Shown one piece after another: positions 9,146-18,139 of a stretch of 34,029 nucleotides of DNA. The position numbers were made by a program, and so were the translations under genes. Origin of the DNA: Candidatus Rokuibacteriota bacterium (GTDB lineage: Bacteria; JAUVQV01; DATDCY01); assembly GCA_031406795.1 (NCBI GenBank), contig JANOHV010000040.1, positions 1 to 34,029 on the forward strand, read 5' to 3'. The notes under the pieces are model-generated. The model saw only the letters and a program-made list of their open reading frames with translations, made no database searches and had not been told where the DNA came from. The number at the start of each line of letters is the position of its first letter. Within the stretch, counting starts at the first letter, position 1.

Positions 9146-9817
9146 CTACAGCGTCTTCTTGTGGATGTACGCCTCGATCATCTGAAACCCCTGGCGGCCC
9201 GGGTCGATGAACCGCGCCCCGTACTTCGTGTCCCTGCCCGGCAGCGACTCGACCCGCAGGATCTCGGTCGTGATGTGGAGCTGGCCCTGGCCGGGTAGCA
9301 CCAGGTGGAGTTCGGGGCGGTCACCGACCGCCATCGCGTGGTTCGTCGAGAAGAGGATGCCCGTGGCGCTGATGTTCTCGCTGCGCCCGAAGAACGGCGC
9401 GCTGTGCACGGCGCCGCTGATCCGCACGCCGACGAGCACCCGGAAGTCCTTTCGCGCGGCCACGTCGATCAATGAGCGCACCGCCCCGAGGAAGTCCTCC
9501 TGGTCGAGCGGGCGAAGGAAAGTCCGATTGGCCGCGCACCTCTTCACGGTGCCCAGGGACGCTGCGGTACCGATGACGATCAGGGACACGTTTCGCAGCG
9601 CCGCGTCCGCCCGGAAGGTGCGGCAGATCGCCTCGGGAGGAACGCCCGGCAGCAGCACGTCGAGGATCACCAGGCGCGCCTGGTGCTGGCGGTGCAGTTC
9701 GATGATCTCCTCGCCGTCGCGGGCGCCGAGGATGGAGAGTTCGCGGGAGACTGAGATGCTCTGCCGGTGCTTCTCCAGGAGCAGGGCCATCCGCTCCCCG
9801 GCGATAATGTGTTTCAT
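9146..9817 (-). CDS. Atypical receiver domain fused to a PilZ domain
   Basis: REC-like N-half (ARDGEE, LVILD); PilZ motifs RKDFR (RxxxR) and NISATG (NxSxxG). Confidence 0.8.
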   Translation of the reverse strand: MKHIIAGERMALLLEKHRQSISVSRELSILGARDGEEIIELHRQHQARLVILDVLLPGVPPEAICRTFRADAALRNVSLIVIGTAASLGTVKRCAANRTFLRPLDQEDFLGAVRSLIDVAARKDFRVLVGVRISGAVHSAPFFGRSENISATGILFSTNHAMAVGDRPELHLVLPGQGQLHITTEILRVESLPGRDTKYGARFIDPGRQGFQMIEAYIHKKTL

Positions 9818-10022
9818 CCGCGACGACTATAGCACGCGCACGGTGCTCGATTCGGCTGGCGCTGGTCGTTCACCCGGAAAGGTTCTCTGCCGGGGGTGGC
9901 CCCTGACAGCGCGCCGAAGGGGATGCCACGTGAATCGCGCGCTGCGAGCCGGCATGAACCCTCTCCGCTCCGAGATGCCGCCGGGTTGTCGCCGATGGTC
10001 AGCGATGGTAGCAGAATCGGCA

Positions 10023-10087
10023 TTCGCACACTATTCATGCACGGTTCATCTCCCGTTCATCATGCCTTCTCCTTCGGCGCCTATGTT
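10023..10087 (+). promoter_or_regulatory. cre-tag-like direct-repeat array (OmpR-family site, probably CreB) plus -10 element
   Basis: TTCGC/TTCAT/TTCAT/TTCAT/TTCTC at 10023, 10034, 10045, 10056 and 10067 (exact 11-bp period); TATGTT at 10082. Confidence 0.7.
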
Positions 10088-10147
10088 CATGGCCAACAAG
10101 GGGGCGTCACGGGGTCGCCAACCACCAACGGAGGAGATGAAGTCGCC

Positions 10148-12166
10148 ATGAGAAGCATCAGGCCGGTCGTCGTCGCAAGCATACTTCTGATCGTCGCCAT
10201 GTGTTGGACGGTTCCGCTGGTTGCGGCGCCCGACGCCGCCAAGACGCTGGCACCCTATTTCCTCGTCGAGGGCGAGGAATCTACCGTGGATCAATTCCCG
10301 TTGAAGAGCACCGACGTGCAGGTGTCGATCGGCGGGGTCATCGCCGAGGTCACCGTCCGGCAGTCCTATCAGAACGGCGGGGACCGCCCCATCAACGCCA
10401 GGTACGTCTTTCCGGCGTCGACCCGCGCTGCCGTCCACGGCATGAAGATAACGATCGGCGAGAAGGTGATCATCGCCAGAATCAAGGAGCGGGAGGCCGC
10501 GCAGGCCGAGTTCCGGGAGGCGAAGGCGAGCGGGAAGACCGCCTCCCTGCTCGAGCAGCAGCGGCCGAACGTCTTCATGATGAGCGTGGCCAACGTGCTG
10601 CCGGGGGACATCGTGGACATCGAGCTGATTTACACCGAGTTGCTCGTGCCCACCGACGGCGCGTACGAGTTCGTCTTCCCCACCGTGGTCGGGCCGCGGT
10701 ACTCGAGCCAGCCGGAGGCGACCGCGCCCGCGGAGGACCGGTTCGTCAAGAATCCCTACCTGAAGGAGGGCCTGGCGACCCCGTCGCGCTTCTCGATCGC
10801 CACGCAGATCGCCGCCGGGCTGCCGATCCAGGAGATCGCCTGTCCCTCGCACCTGGTCAAGACGACATGGACGGACAAGACCGCGGGGAGCGTGACCCTC
10901 GACGAGAGCGAAACGGCCGGCGGCGACCGCGACTACATTCTGCGCTACCGTCTCGCGGGCCGGCAGATCGCCTCCGGCCTGCTGGTCTACGAAGGTCCCG
11001 AGGAGAATTACTTCCTGCTGCTCGCCGAGCCGCCGCAACGGGTGAGCCCGGCCGACATCCCGGCGCGCGAGTACATCTTCGTCGTCGACGTCTCGGGGTC
11101 GATGCACGGGTACCCGCTCGACGTCGCCAAGGGACTACTCAAGGACCTGATCGGACGGATCCGGGCGACCGACACCTTCAACGTGGTGCTCTTCTCCGGC
11201 ACGTCCGCGCTGCTCGCGGAGCATTCGGTGCAGGCGACCCCCGAGAACGTCGCCAGGGCGCTCGCGCTGATCGACCGCCAGCAGGGAGGCGGCGGCACCG
11301 AGTTGCTCGCCGCGATGAAGCGCGCGATGGGGATCCCGCATGCCGAGGGGTTCTCGCGCAGCATCGTGCTGGTGACCGACGGCTTCATCGACGCCGAGCG
11401 CGATCTGTTCGGCTCCATCGGCGAGAACCTCGACGAAGCCAACGTCTTCGTGTTCGGCATCGGGAGCAGCGTCAACCGTTACCTGATCGAGGGCGTGGCC
11501 AAGGCCGGTCTCAGCGAGCCGTTTGTCGTCACGAAGCCCGACGAAGCGCCGGCAGCCGCCGAGAAGTTCCGCGAGTACGTGCAGTCGCCGGTGCTGACCG
11601 GCATCGAGCTGAAGACCGAGGGGCTCGAGGGCGTCGCGATGGAGCCTGCCAGCATCCCCGACCTGTTCGCCGAGCGGCCGATCGTCGTCACCGGGAAGTG
11701 GCGGGGTGCGCGGACCGGCCGCCTCGTCGTGACCGGGCACGGCGGGGCCGGGGAGTACCGGCAGGAGTTCGATCTCGAGCGGACCGAGCCGTCCGAGGCA
11801 GCCGCGGCCCTGCCCATCCTCTGGGCGCGGACGCGGATCGGCCGCCTATCGGAGTTCGGCCCGCGGAGCGTCGATCCCCAGACGAAGGCCGAGATCACCG
11901 AACTGGGGCTGAAGTACAACCTGCTCACGGCCTACACGTCGTTCATCGCGGTGCATGAGGAGATCCGCAACCCCGGCGGCGAGGCGCAGAACGTCAAGCA
12001 GCCGTTGCCACTGCCGAAAAACGTGTCCGAACTGGCGGTCGGCGGCGACACGAGATCGGTGCCGGAGCCCGGCCTCGGCTGGCTGATCGCGCTGGCGATG
12101 CTCGTCTTCGGCTCCCGGTGCGCGATCGGATGCCTGCGCTGCCGTCCGCTGTCGATCCGTTTCTGA
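10148..12166 (+). CDS. VIT + vWA domain protein with PEP-CTERM sorting signal
   Basis: Signal peptide, VIT domain (YVFP...AAVHGMKITIG, ASLLEQQRPNVF), vWA MIDAS DVSGS / GGGTE / TDG, C-terminal VPEP + hydrophobic helix + Arg-containing tail. Start set at ATG 10148 after GGAGGAG. Confidence 0.9.
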   Translation: MRSIRPVVVASILLIVAMCWTVPLVAAPDAAKTLAPYFLVEGEESTVDQFPLKSTDVQVSIGGVIAEVTVRQSYQNGGDRPINARYVFPASTRAAVHGMKITIGEKVIIARIKEREAAQAEFREAKASGKTASLLEQQRPNVFMMSVANVLPGDIVDIELIYTELLVPTDGAYEFVFPTVVGPRYSSQPEATAPAEDRFVKNPYLKEGLATPSRFSIATQIAAGLPIQEIACPSHLVKTTWTDKTAGSVTLDESETAGGDRDYILRYRLAGRQIASGLLVYEGPEENYFLLLAEPPQRVSPADIPAREYIFVVDVSGSMHGYPLDVAKGLLKDLIGRIRATDTFNVVLFSGTSALLAEHSVQATPENVARALALIDRQQGGGGTELLAAMKRAMGIPHAEGFSRSIVLVTDGFIDAERDLFGSIGENLDEANVFVFGIGSSVNRYLIEGVAKAGLSEPFVVTKPDEAPAAAEKFREYVQSPVLTGIELKTEGLEGVAMEPASIPDLFAERPIVVTGKWRGARTGRLVVTGHGGAGEYRQEFDLERTEPSEAAAALPILWARTRIGRLSEFGPRSVDPQTKAEITELGLKYNLLTAYTSFIAVHEEIRNPGGEAQNVKQPLPLPKNVSELAVGGDTRSVPEPGLGWLIALAMLVFGSRCAIGCLRCRPLSIRF

Positions 12167-12192
12167 CAGGCTGCTGAAGACGGCCAGAAAAC

Positions 12193-12216
12193 GTCATTGC
12201 GAGCGGAGCGAAGCAA
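12193..12216 (+). repeat. Degenerate GTCATTGCGAG-type REP-like repeat
   Basis: GTCATTGCGAGCGGAGCGAAGCAA, related to the reverse-strand copy at 23405-23438. Confidence 0.55.
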
Positions 12217-12230
12217 ACTGACTGCTGATT

Positions 12231-12989
12231 ATGGACAGAACGCGCACGCGCAGTGGTATTGCGGCCTCCGCACTGGCAATCCTGATCGCCGTCGGGCTCA
12301 AGGCGCACTACAGCACGGCGTCCGTCGATCGGCTGGGCTGGATCATGCGGCCGACGGCGGGGCTCGTGGAGTTGTGCACCGGGCTCCCCTTCGAATGGGA
12401 GGCGGGCGCCGGGTATGTCAACCAGGAGCACCGCGTGGTCATCGCCAAGCCCTGCGCAGGCGTCAACTTCCTGATCATGGCCTTCTGCATGCTGGCCTTC
12501 ACGCTGATCGGCCGCGCCGGAGCGGGCCGCCGCCCCTTCCCGATGGTGGCGGCCGCTCTGGCGGCGGCGTACGCGGCGACGGTGATCGTCAACGGCGTCC
12601 GGATCATGATCGCGCTCCGGCACGACGGCGACGGCGTCGGCAACGGTTGGCTGACCCCCGAGCAGCTCCATCGGCTCGAAGGGATCGTCGTCTACTTCGC
12701 GGCGCTCACGGGGCTCTACTGCCTGGCCCGGTTAATCGCGCGCGCCTCCGGCGGCCGTCCGGGCCGCTCCCCGGTCGAGCACCCGACGGCGTCGCGGCTC
12801 GGACGGAGTTCGATTGTTTTCGTCCCCCTCGGCTGGTACGCGGCCATGACGCTGGGCGTTCCGCTGCTGAACGGAGCGATGAGTAAGGACGCGGCGCAGT
12901 TCGGGGAGCACGCGCTCTGGGTTCTGGGCGTCCCGCTCGTCCTGTCGGGAATCCTGCTGCTGGCGTCCTCAGGATACGCGCGTCGATAG
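12231..12989 (+). CDS. xrtK: Exosortase, exosortase K-like
   Basis: Multi-TM protein with an exosortase Cys-Arg-His triad: PCAGVNF, NGVRI, LHRLEG. LKAHYSTAS...WIMRPTA resembles XrtK as recalled; adjacent to a PEP-CTERM target. Confidence 0.75.
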   Translation: MDRTRTRSGIAASALAILIAVGLKAHYSTASVDRLGWIMRPTAGLVELCTGLPFEWEAGAGYVNQEHRVVIAKPCAGVNFLIMAFCMLAFTLIGRAGAGRRPFPMVAAALAAAYAATVIVNGVRIMIALRHDGDGVGNGWLTPEQLHRLEGIVVYFAALTGLYCLARLIARASGGRPGRSPVEHPTASRLGRSSIVFVPLGWYAAMTLGVPLLNGAMSKDAAQFGEHALWVLGVPLVLSGILLLASSGYARR

Positions 12990-14411
12990 CGGGAGGGTGA
13001 GGACCGCGCGGACTCCCCCTTCGGGGCGGTTCGCCACGGCGATCTCGCCCCGATGCAGCGTCGCGACCTCCCTGACGCAGCTCAGGCCGAGCCCGGTGCT
13101 CTTGCGCATCGTGTCCGGCCGGCTCAGTGAGTAGAACTGCTCGAAGATCTTGTCGACCGCGTACTCCGGAATGCCGGTCCCGTTGTCCTCCACCGTCACG
13201 ACGCACGAGGCTCCGTGCTTTTCCACACCGATGGTGATCGTGCCCCCCTCGGCGACGAAGTCGATCGCATTGGACACCAGGTTGGCAATCGCCTGGCGCA
13301 GCAGGAAGCGCTCGCCGCTGGTCCGGACGACCTCCGGGGCCGCGATGGTAATCGTTATGCGTTTGCATTCCAGGACCGCGGCCTGGCTCTGCACGATCTC
13401 CCTGGCCAGCGCGACGAGGTCGATCTCCTCGACGTCCTTGAGCCCCTTGCGGTTCTCCAGCGCCGACAGATCGAGCAGCCGCTCGACGATGTTCTGGATG
13501 CGCTGGCTCTCCGTGCGGATGTTCTCGAGGAACCGGGCGCGTCGCTCGGGGGGCATGTTCTCGTTCATCAGCTCCGCGGCCCCCCGGATCGCGGAGAGCG
13601 GGCTCTTGATCTCGTGCGTCAGCGTCTGCACGTAGGTCTCCACATAGTTCTTCCCCTCGAGCGCTTCGCGCATCTCCTCGAGCGCCCGCCCCATGACCGC
13701 GATCTCGCTGCGGCCCAGCCGCGGCAGCGCCACGTTGCGGTTGTCGCGGATCGCCCGCGCATACGCCGTCAGCCGCTTGATCGGCAGCGTGACCCAGATC
13801 GAGAGCCCCAGGCCGAGCAGGATCGCCGAGAGCGAGGCGATCCAGGCCGCGGTGATGATCTTCCGGCGCGCCAGGTCGATGAACAGGTTCACGCTGCCGC
13901 TCGGCTTGACCACCGTGAGCACACCGATCGTCTCCCGGCCGTTGGTGATCGGCGAGGCGACGAACAGCGACGACAGATTCGGGTCCCTCGGGTCGACGTG
14001 GCTCGTGCGCGCGCCGTACTCGCCCGCGAGGGTCAGCCGGACGTCGTTCCAGCGGGAGTAGTCCTTCCCCTCTTCCTTCCCTCCGTCGGAATCGAAGAGC
14101 ACGATCCCCTTGCGGTCGGTGACGTAGACGTGGATGTTGATCCGCTTCTTCTCCAGATCGTAGATGCGGGCCGAGAACTCGCGGCGGTAGGCGTGGTCGA
14201 AGGCCGCCCGCAGGTCCTCCACCGGGATTTCGCTGCCGGTGGCCCTGGTCGACACCTGGGAGGCCAGCAGCGTGGCGGTGTCGATCAGCGACTCCTCCAT
14301 CGACTTCATGTAGTGCGGGCGCACATCGTTGATGATCCAGTGCGCGAGGTAGTAGAAGCCGACGGCGATGATCAGCAGGAAGCCGAGGATGATCCGGGTG
14401 CCGATCTTCAC
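12969..14411 (-). CDS. creC: Two-component sensor histidine kinase CreC
   Basis: DYSRWNDVRLTLAGEYGARTS, YVETYVQTLTHEIKSPLSAIRGAAEL, EQFYSLSRP, STGLGL. GTG start at 14411 overlaps the creB stop (GTGA). Confidence 0.92.
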   Translation of the reverse strand: MKIGTRIILGFLLIIAVGFYYLAHWIINDVRPHYMKSMEESLIDTATLLASQVSTRATGSEIPVEDLRAAFDHAYRREFSARIYDLEKKRINIHVYVTDRKGIVLFDSDGGKEEGKDYSRWNDVRLTLAGEYGARTSHVDPRDPNLSSLFVASPITNGRETIGVLTVVKPSGSVNLFIDLARRKIITAAWIASLSAILLGLGLSIWVTLPIKRLTAYARAIRDNRNVALPRLGRSEIAVMGRALEEMREALEGKNYVETYVQTLTHEIKSPLSAIRGAAELMNENMPPERRARFLENIRTESQRIQNIVERLLDLSALENRKGLKDVEEIDLVALAREIVQSQAAVLECKRITITIAAPEVVRTSGERFLLRQAIANLVSNAIDFVAEGGTITIGVEKHGASCVVTVEDNGTGIPEYAVDKIFEQFYSLSRPDTMRKSTGLGLSCVREVATLHRGEIAVANRPEGGVRAVLTLPLSTRVS

Positions 14412-15106
14412 GGCGCGTCTTTGAGACAGTAGCCGAACCCCCGGCGCGTCTCGATGGGATCGCCCTTCGGGTCGACGGCGCGCAGCTTGCCGCGGATGTT
14501 CTTGATGTGCGCGTCGACGGTCCGGTCGAGGCAGGCCTCCGGGTTCTCCCACGCCAGGTTCATCAGCTCGTCGCGCGAGAAGACGCGCCCCGGGTGCCTC
14601 ACGAGCGTCGCGAGCACGTTGAACTCGCTTCGGGAGAGATCGAGGGGCCGGCCGAGGTAGGAGATCGCCATCCGGGTGCCGTCGATCCGGAAGACGGCGG
14701 TGACTGCCTGCTGCGGGGCCGGGCCGGCAGCGGGCCGCGCCGTCCGCCGCAGGATCGCCTTGACTCGCGCTGTGAGTTCACGGGGGCTGAAAGGCTTCAC
14801 GAGGTAATCGTCGGCGCCGATCTCCAGGCCGACGACGCGGTCGATCTCCTCCGCGCGCGCCGTCAGAAACATGATCGGGACCGCGGATTCATGCCGGATC
14901 TGTTTGCACAGTTCCAGTCCGCTGATGTCCGGGAGGCCGATATCAAGCACGATCAGTGCGATGTCGCCCGCCGCCAGCCGCCGTCGCCCATCCTCCCCGG
15001 TCATGTGCCAGACCGGCTCGAACCCGTCGGTTTTCAACGCGTAGACGATGGTGTCGGCAATCGCCGCCTCATCCTCGATGATCAGTACCTTGGGCGCCAT
15101 CAGCAT
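14408..15106 (-). CDS. creB: Two-component response regulator CreB (OmpR family)
   Basis: IEDE, LDIGLPD, KPFSPREL, wHTH DRTVDAHIKNIRGKL; paired with creC. Start is 15106 or 15100. Confidence 0.9.
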   Translation of the reverse strand: MLMAPKVLIIEDEAAIADTIVYALKTDGFEPVWHMTGEDGRRRLAAGDIALIVLDIGLPDISGLELCKQIRHESAVPIMFLTARAEEIDRVVGLEIGADDYLVKPFSPRELTARVKAILRRTARPAAGPAPQQAVTAVFRIDGTRMAISYLGRPLDLSRSEFNVLATLVRHPGRVFSRDELMNLAWENPEACLDRTVDAHIKNIRGKLRAVDPKGDPIETRRGFGYCLKDAP

Positions 15107-15111
15107 CGGGG

Positions 15112-15498
15112 CTACCAGATGACCTTTACATCATACTTCATGAATACGGCATCGGCGGTAACCACGCGAAGGTCCCCTTTGCGAGCTTGGGCGATCAACA
15201 TTCGATCGAACGGGTCCCGGTGCGGCCCCGGCAGTTGCCCGGCAAGCAGGGCGTGCTCGAAGCTGATGGGAAGCACCTCGAAGCGCTCGTGCCGAATGTG
15301 GCGTGGCAGCTTGTCGAGGATCTCGCCGATCTCGGGGAGCTTGCCGAGCCGATGCTTGGTGGCGATCTCCCAGGCGCTTGCACTGCTGACGAGCACCTGA
15401 TGTGCGGAGGGACTGATCGCCCGGCGGGCGACCTTGGTCAAACGCGGATCATCAAGGAGCCACCAGAGCAGGGCGTGGGTGTCGAGCAAGATCCTCAT
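15112..15498 (-). CDS. vapC: PIN-domain toxin (VapC family)
   Basis: LLDTHALLW, SSASAWEIATK, HRDPFDRMLIAQA, VTAD; ATGA overlap with the antitoxin. Confidence 0.93.
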   Translation of the reverse strand: MRILLDTHALLWWLLDDPRLTKVARRAISPSAHQVLVSSASAWEIATKHRLGKLPEIGEILDKLPRHIRHERFEVLPISFEHALLAGQLPGPHRDPFDRMLIAQARKGDLRVVTADAVFMKYDVKVIW

Positions 15499-15719
15499 TC
15501 CCAGACCTTCAGCTCCTCCTCCGGAAGGGGCTCGAAGAAGGCGTCGGTGAGTCTCCCTTGCCCCTTGGCCGCGCCTGGCTTGCGGTCCTCGGTCAGCACG
15601 GCTTTCAGAAGGACGTACGGCTTCCCATCCTTGGCGATGATCACCTCTTCGCCGGCGACGGCGGCATCCAGGAGTCGCGAAAGGTGGGTCTTCGCCTCGT
15701 GTACGTTGACGACCGTCAT
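15495..15719 (-). CDS. Phd/YefM-family antitoxin
   Basis: VNVHEAKTHLSRLL...GEEVIIAKDGKP; 74 aa; RBS GGAGG; upstream of the PIN toxin. Confidence 0.92.
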   Translation of the reverse strand: MTVVNVHEAKTHLSRLLDAAVAGEEVIIAKDGKPYVLLKAVLTEDRKPGAAKGQGRLTDAFFEPLPEEELKVWE

Positions 15720-15743
15720 CTGCCAGTTACCTCCCTGCGCCGG

Positions 15744-15772
15744 AATCTAATATGACTAGTATGATTAGTCAA
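15744..15772 (-). promoter_or_regulatory. Sigma70 promoter of the TA operon with overlapping palindromic operator
   Basis: Minus strand TTGACT-N17-TAGATT; inverted repeat TGACTA-N7-TAGTCA at 15753-15771. Confidence 0.75.
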
Positions 15773-15884
15773 CGGTCGCACGCTGTCCCGTGATCGCCGG
15801 ACACGCCCGCCCGGAGCAGGAGGCTGACTTCCGTCACGGCTTGTTTCTCCCCGATGGACTATCGTTAAAGATCCAGCTCGTAGC

Positions 15885-16090
15885 TCAAGCCAGATGCCTC
15901 TGGAGTCCATCCAGAATGAGGTTGAGCCCGAATTCGAAATCGGCGCTTTCATCGTGGCCGGAGCTCATCACATAATCGACGGCCATCTCCGTGAGGGAGG
16001 GGTACTCAGCGGCGGGTATCGCACGGAGGAAGGCCTCCGCCGCTTGCTCGGGCTTGATGTCGCCTCCGGCAGGCATGTATAAGTTGACTG
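15885..16090 (-). pseudogene. TetR-family regulator C-terminal fragment (no HTH)
   Basis: AFLRAIPAAEYPSLTEMA...DESADFEFGLNLILDGLQR* matches the TetR C-terminal pattern; no DNA-binding domain or credible start. Confidence 0.75.
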
Positions 16091-16285
16091 CGCACCGGGG
16101 GACTGCCCAGGGTGCTGAATTGGCTCGGTGTGGCAATCGGCACTGCGGGTGTCCTCTCGGTCGTGCCGGCACCCAAGGACTTGGCATACGGCTTCGGGTT
16201 GCTGCAGATCGTGTGGTTCGTGTGGCTGGGCATCGTCATGCTGCGCACAACTTCACGACCGGCTGATCCGGCAATGGAAGGCTGA
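16088..16285 (+). pseudogene. Membrane protein C-terminal fragment (DUF4386-like)
   Basis: Not in the ORF track. The frame from 16088 reads LRTGGLPRVLNWLGVAIGTAGVLSVVP...GFGLLQIVWFVWLGIVMLR...*, with an in-frame TGA directly before it and no start. Confidence 0.65.
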
Positions 16286-16300
16286 GGTCGGGGGGGTGTC

Positions 16301-17272
16301 TTGAAAGCGGTTGTTCAGAAGGAGTACGGCTCACCGGAAGTCCTGGAGTTCAAGGACATCGACAAGCCGGTGATCAAGGACAACGAGGTGCTCGTGCACG
16401 TTCGCGCGGCCGCCGTGAACCCTCCTGACTGGGCGGGCGTTCATGGCGTGCCGTATATCGTCCGCCTGGCATTCGGGCTGCGCACGCCGAAGCTCGGTGT
16501 TCGCGGCACGGATGTAGCGGGCACGGTCGACGCTGTCGGCAGGAATGTGACACGGCTCAAGGTCGGGGATGAGGTCTTCGGCGCCGGCAGAGGTACTTTC
16601 GCCGAGTACGCGGTTGCCGCGGAGGAGCACCTGGTGTCCAAGCCGGCCAACATCACGTTCGAACAGGCCGCCGCCGTTCCCATGGCCGGGCTCACTGCGC
16701 TCCAGGCGCTGCGCGACGCGGGCGACATCCGGCCCGGGCAGAAGGTCCTGATCGTCGGCGCAGGCGGAGGCATCGGCACGTTCGCCGTGCAGATCGCCAA
16801 GTCTTTCGGCGCGGAGGTGACCGGCGTGTGCAGCGCGTCGAAGCTGCATCTGGTTCAGTCAATCGGCGCGGGCCACGTCATCGACTACGCGCAAGAGGAC
16901 TACACCCAAGGTGAGGAGCGCTACGACCTGATTCTCGACAATGTGTTGCAGCACTCGTTGTCGCGCCTGCTGCGCCCGCTGAAACGCAGCGGGACACTCG
17001 TGCCGAACGGCGGCCAGTTCTACAAGCGCTGGTTTGCCAGCACAGGCGTCCTTCTCATCAAGGCCCCGCTGCTTTCGCTGTTCGTGCCGCAGCGCATCCG
17101 CGTGTGCAGCGAGCGTCCCCTGAAGCAGGACCTGCTTTTTCTGAATGAGCTCATGGAGACCGGAAAACTAACCCCGGTGGTAGGCAGGACCTACCCTTTG
17201 AGCCGGACTCATGAGGCCATAACCTACTTCGGAGAGGGGCACGCCCAAGGCAAGGTTGTCATCACGGTGTGA
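16301..17272 (+). CDS. NAD(P)-dependent MDR-family oxidoreductase (zinc-independent)
   Basis: MKAVVQKEYGSPEVL, VNPPDW, GTDVAG, GAGGGIGTFAVQIAK, GKVVI; lacks the Zn-binding GHE motif; TTG start. Confidence 0.9.
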   Translation: MKAVVQKEYGSPEVLEFKDIDKPVIKDNEVLVHVRAAAVNPPDWAGVHGVPYIVRLAFGLRTPKLGVRGTDVAGTVDAVGRNVTRLKVGDEVFGAGRGTFAEYAVAAEEHLVSKPANITFEQAAAVPMAGLTALQALRDAGDIRPGQKVLIVGAGGGIGTFAVQIAKSFGAEVTGVCSASKLHLVQSIGAGHVIDYAQEDYTQGEERYDLILDNVLQHSLSRLLRPLKRSGTLVPNGGQFYKRWFASTGVLLIKAPLLSLFVPQRIRVCSERPLKQDLLFLNELMETGKLTPVVGRTYPLSRTHEAITYFGEGHAQGKVVITV

Positions 17273-17363
17273 GCCAGTGACGAGCGATCCAAGCTGCGAT
17301 CGAACAGGGCCCGCTACTTGCCGTCGCCCGAAGATGGCGTTCCAGACTTGAAGGAGGAGCACG

Positions 17364-18101
17364 ATGTCCGATGAGCACACAGTCCTGCTGCTCGGCGGCA
17401 CCGGACGCACCGGCCGGCTCGTCCTGGAGCAGCTTCTGGGCCGCGGAGTCAGCGTCCGCGCGATCGTACGAACCGCTTCCCGGCTCCCCGAAGGCGTCGC
17501 CGGCAATCCCCGTTTGACGGTGATCGTGGGTGATCTGCTGTCGCTGAGCGACGACGAACTTTGGCGTCACGTGGCCGGCTGCGACGCCGTGGTCTCCTGT
17601 CTCGGCCACACCATCAGCTTCAAGGGAATCTTCGGGTCGCCCAGGAACCTCGTCGAGCGAGCGATCGTCAGGGTGTGCGGTGCGGTCAAGGCGCTGCGGC
17701 CCGCCGAGCCGATCAGGCTCATTCTGATGAGCAGCGTCTCGGTCAACCGTCCGGGGCGTTTCGACGCACGTCGCGGGAGGCTCGAGAGGGCGGTCGTGTG
17801 GGTGATCCGGGGACTTCTGCCCCCCGCCCGGGACAACCAGCGGGCCGCCGATTTCCTCCGCGACCGGATCGGGACGCGCGACCCCTTCATCGAGTGGGTG
17901 GCCGTCCGCCCGGACACCCTCGTGGAGGGCGATGTCTGCGAGTACGCTGTCCACCACGGCCTCGTGAGCGGTCTTTTCGCTCCCGCCAAGACCGCCATGG
18001 CCAACGTCGCACACTTCATGTGCGAGCTGGTCACGGACGCCACGGCGTGGCACGACTGGATGGGCGGGACGCCGGTCATCGTCAACGCAGCCTCGAAGTG
18101 A
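17364..18101 (+). CDS. NAD(P)H-binding protein (atypical SDR, flavin/biliverdin reductase-like)
   Basis: LLGGTGRTG Rossmann motif, DAVVSCLG, WVAVRP; RBS AAGGAGGAG. Confidence 0.85.
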   Translation: MSDEHTVLLLGGTGRTGRLVLEQLLGRGVSVRAIVRTASRLPEGVAGNPRLTVIVGDLLSLSDDELWRHVAGCDAVVSCLGHTISFKGIFGSPRNLVERAIVRVCGAVKALRPAEPIRLILMSSVSVNRPGRFDARRGRLERAVVWVIRGLLPPARDNQRAADFLRDRIGTRDPFIEWVAVRPDTLVEGDVCEYAVHHGLVSGLFAPAKTAMANVAHFMCELVTDATAWHDWMGGTPVIVNAASK

Positions 18102-18139
18102 GGCAGCCGGATCGGCGACGTTCGTGTGCTCTGCGGGTG

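Noticed and set aside
16076-16090. TGTATAAG resembling a Tn5/Nextera mosaic end or a dif site near the deletion junction
   Set aside because: Only an 8-nt match, lying within the TetR fragment reading frame; likely chance.
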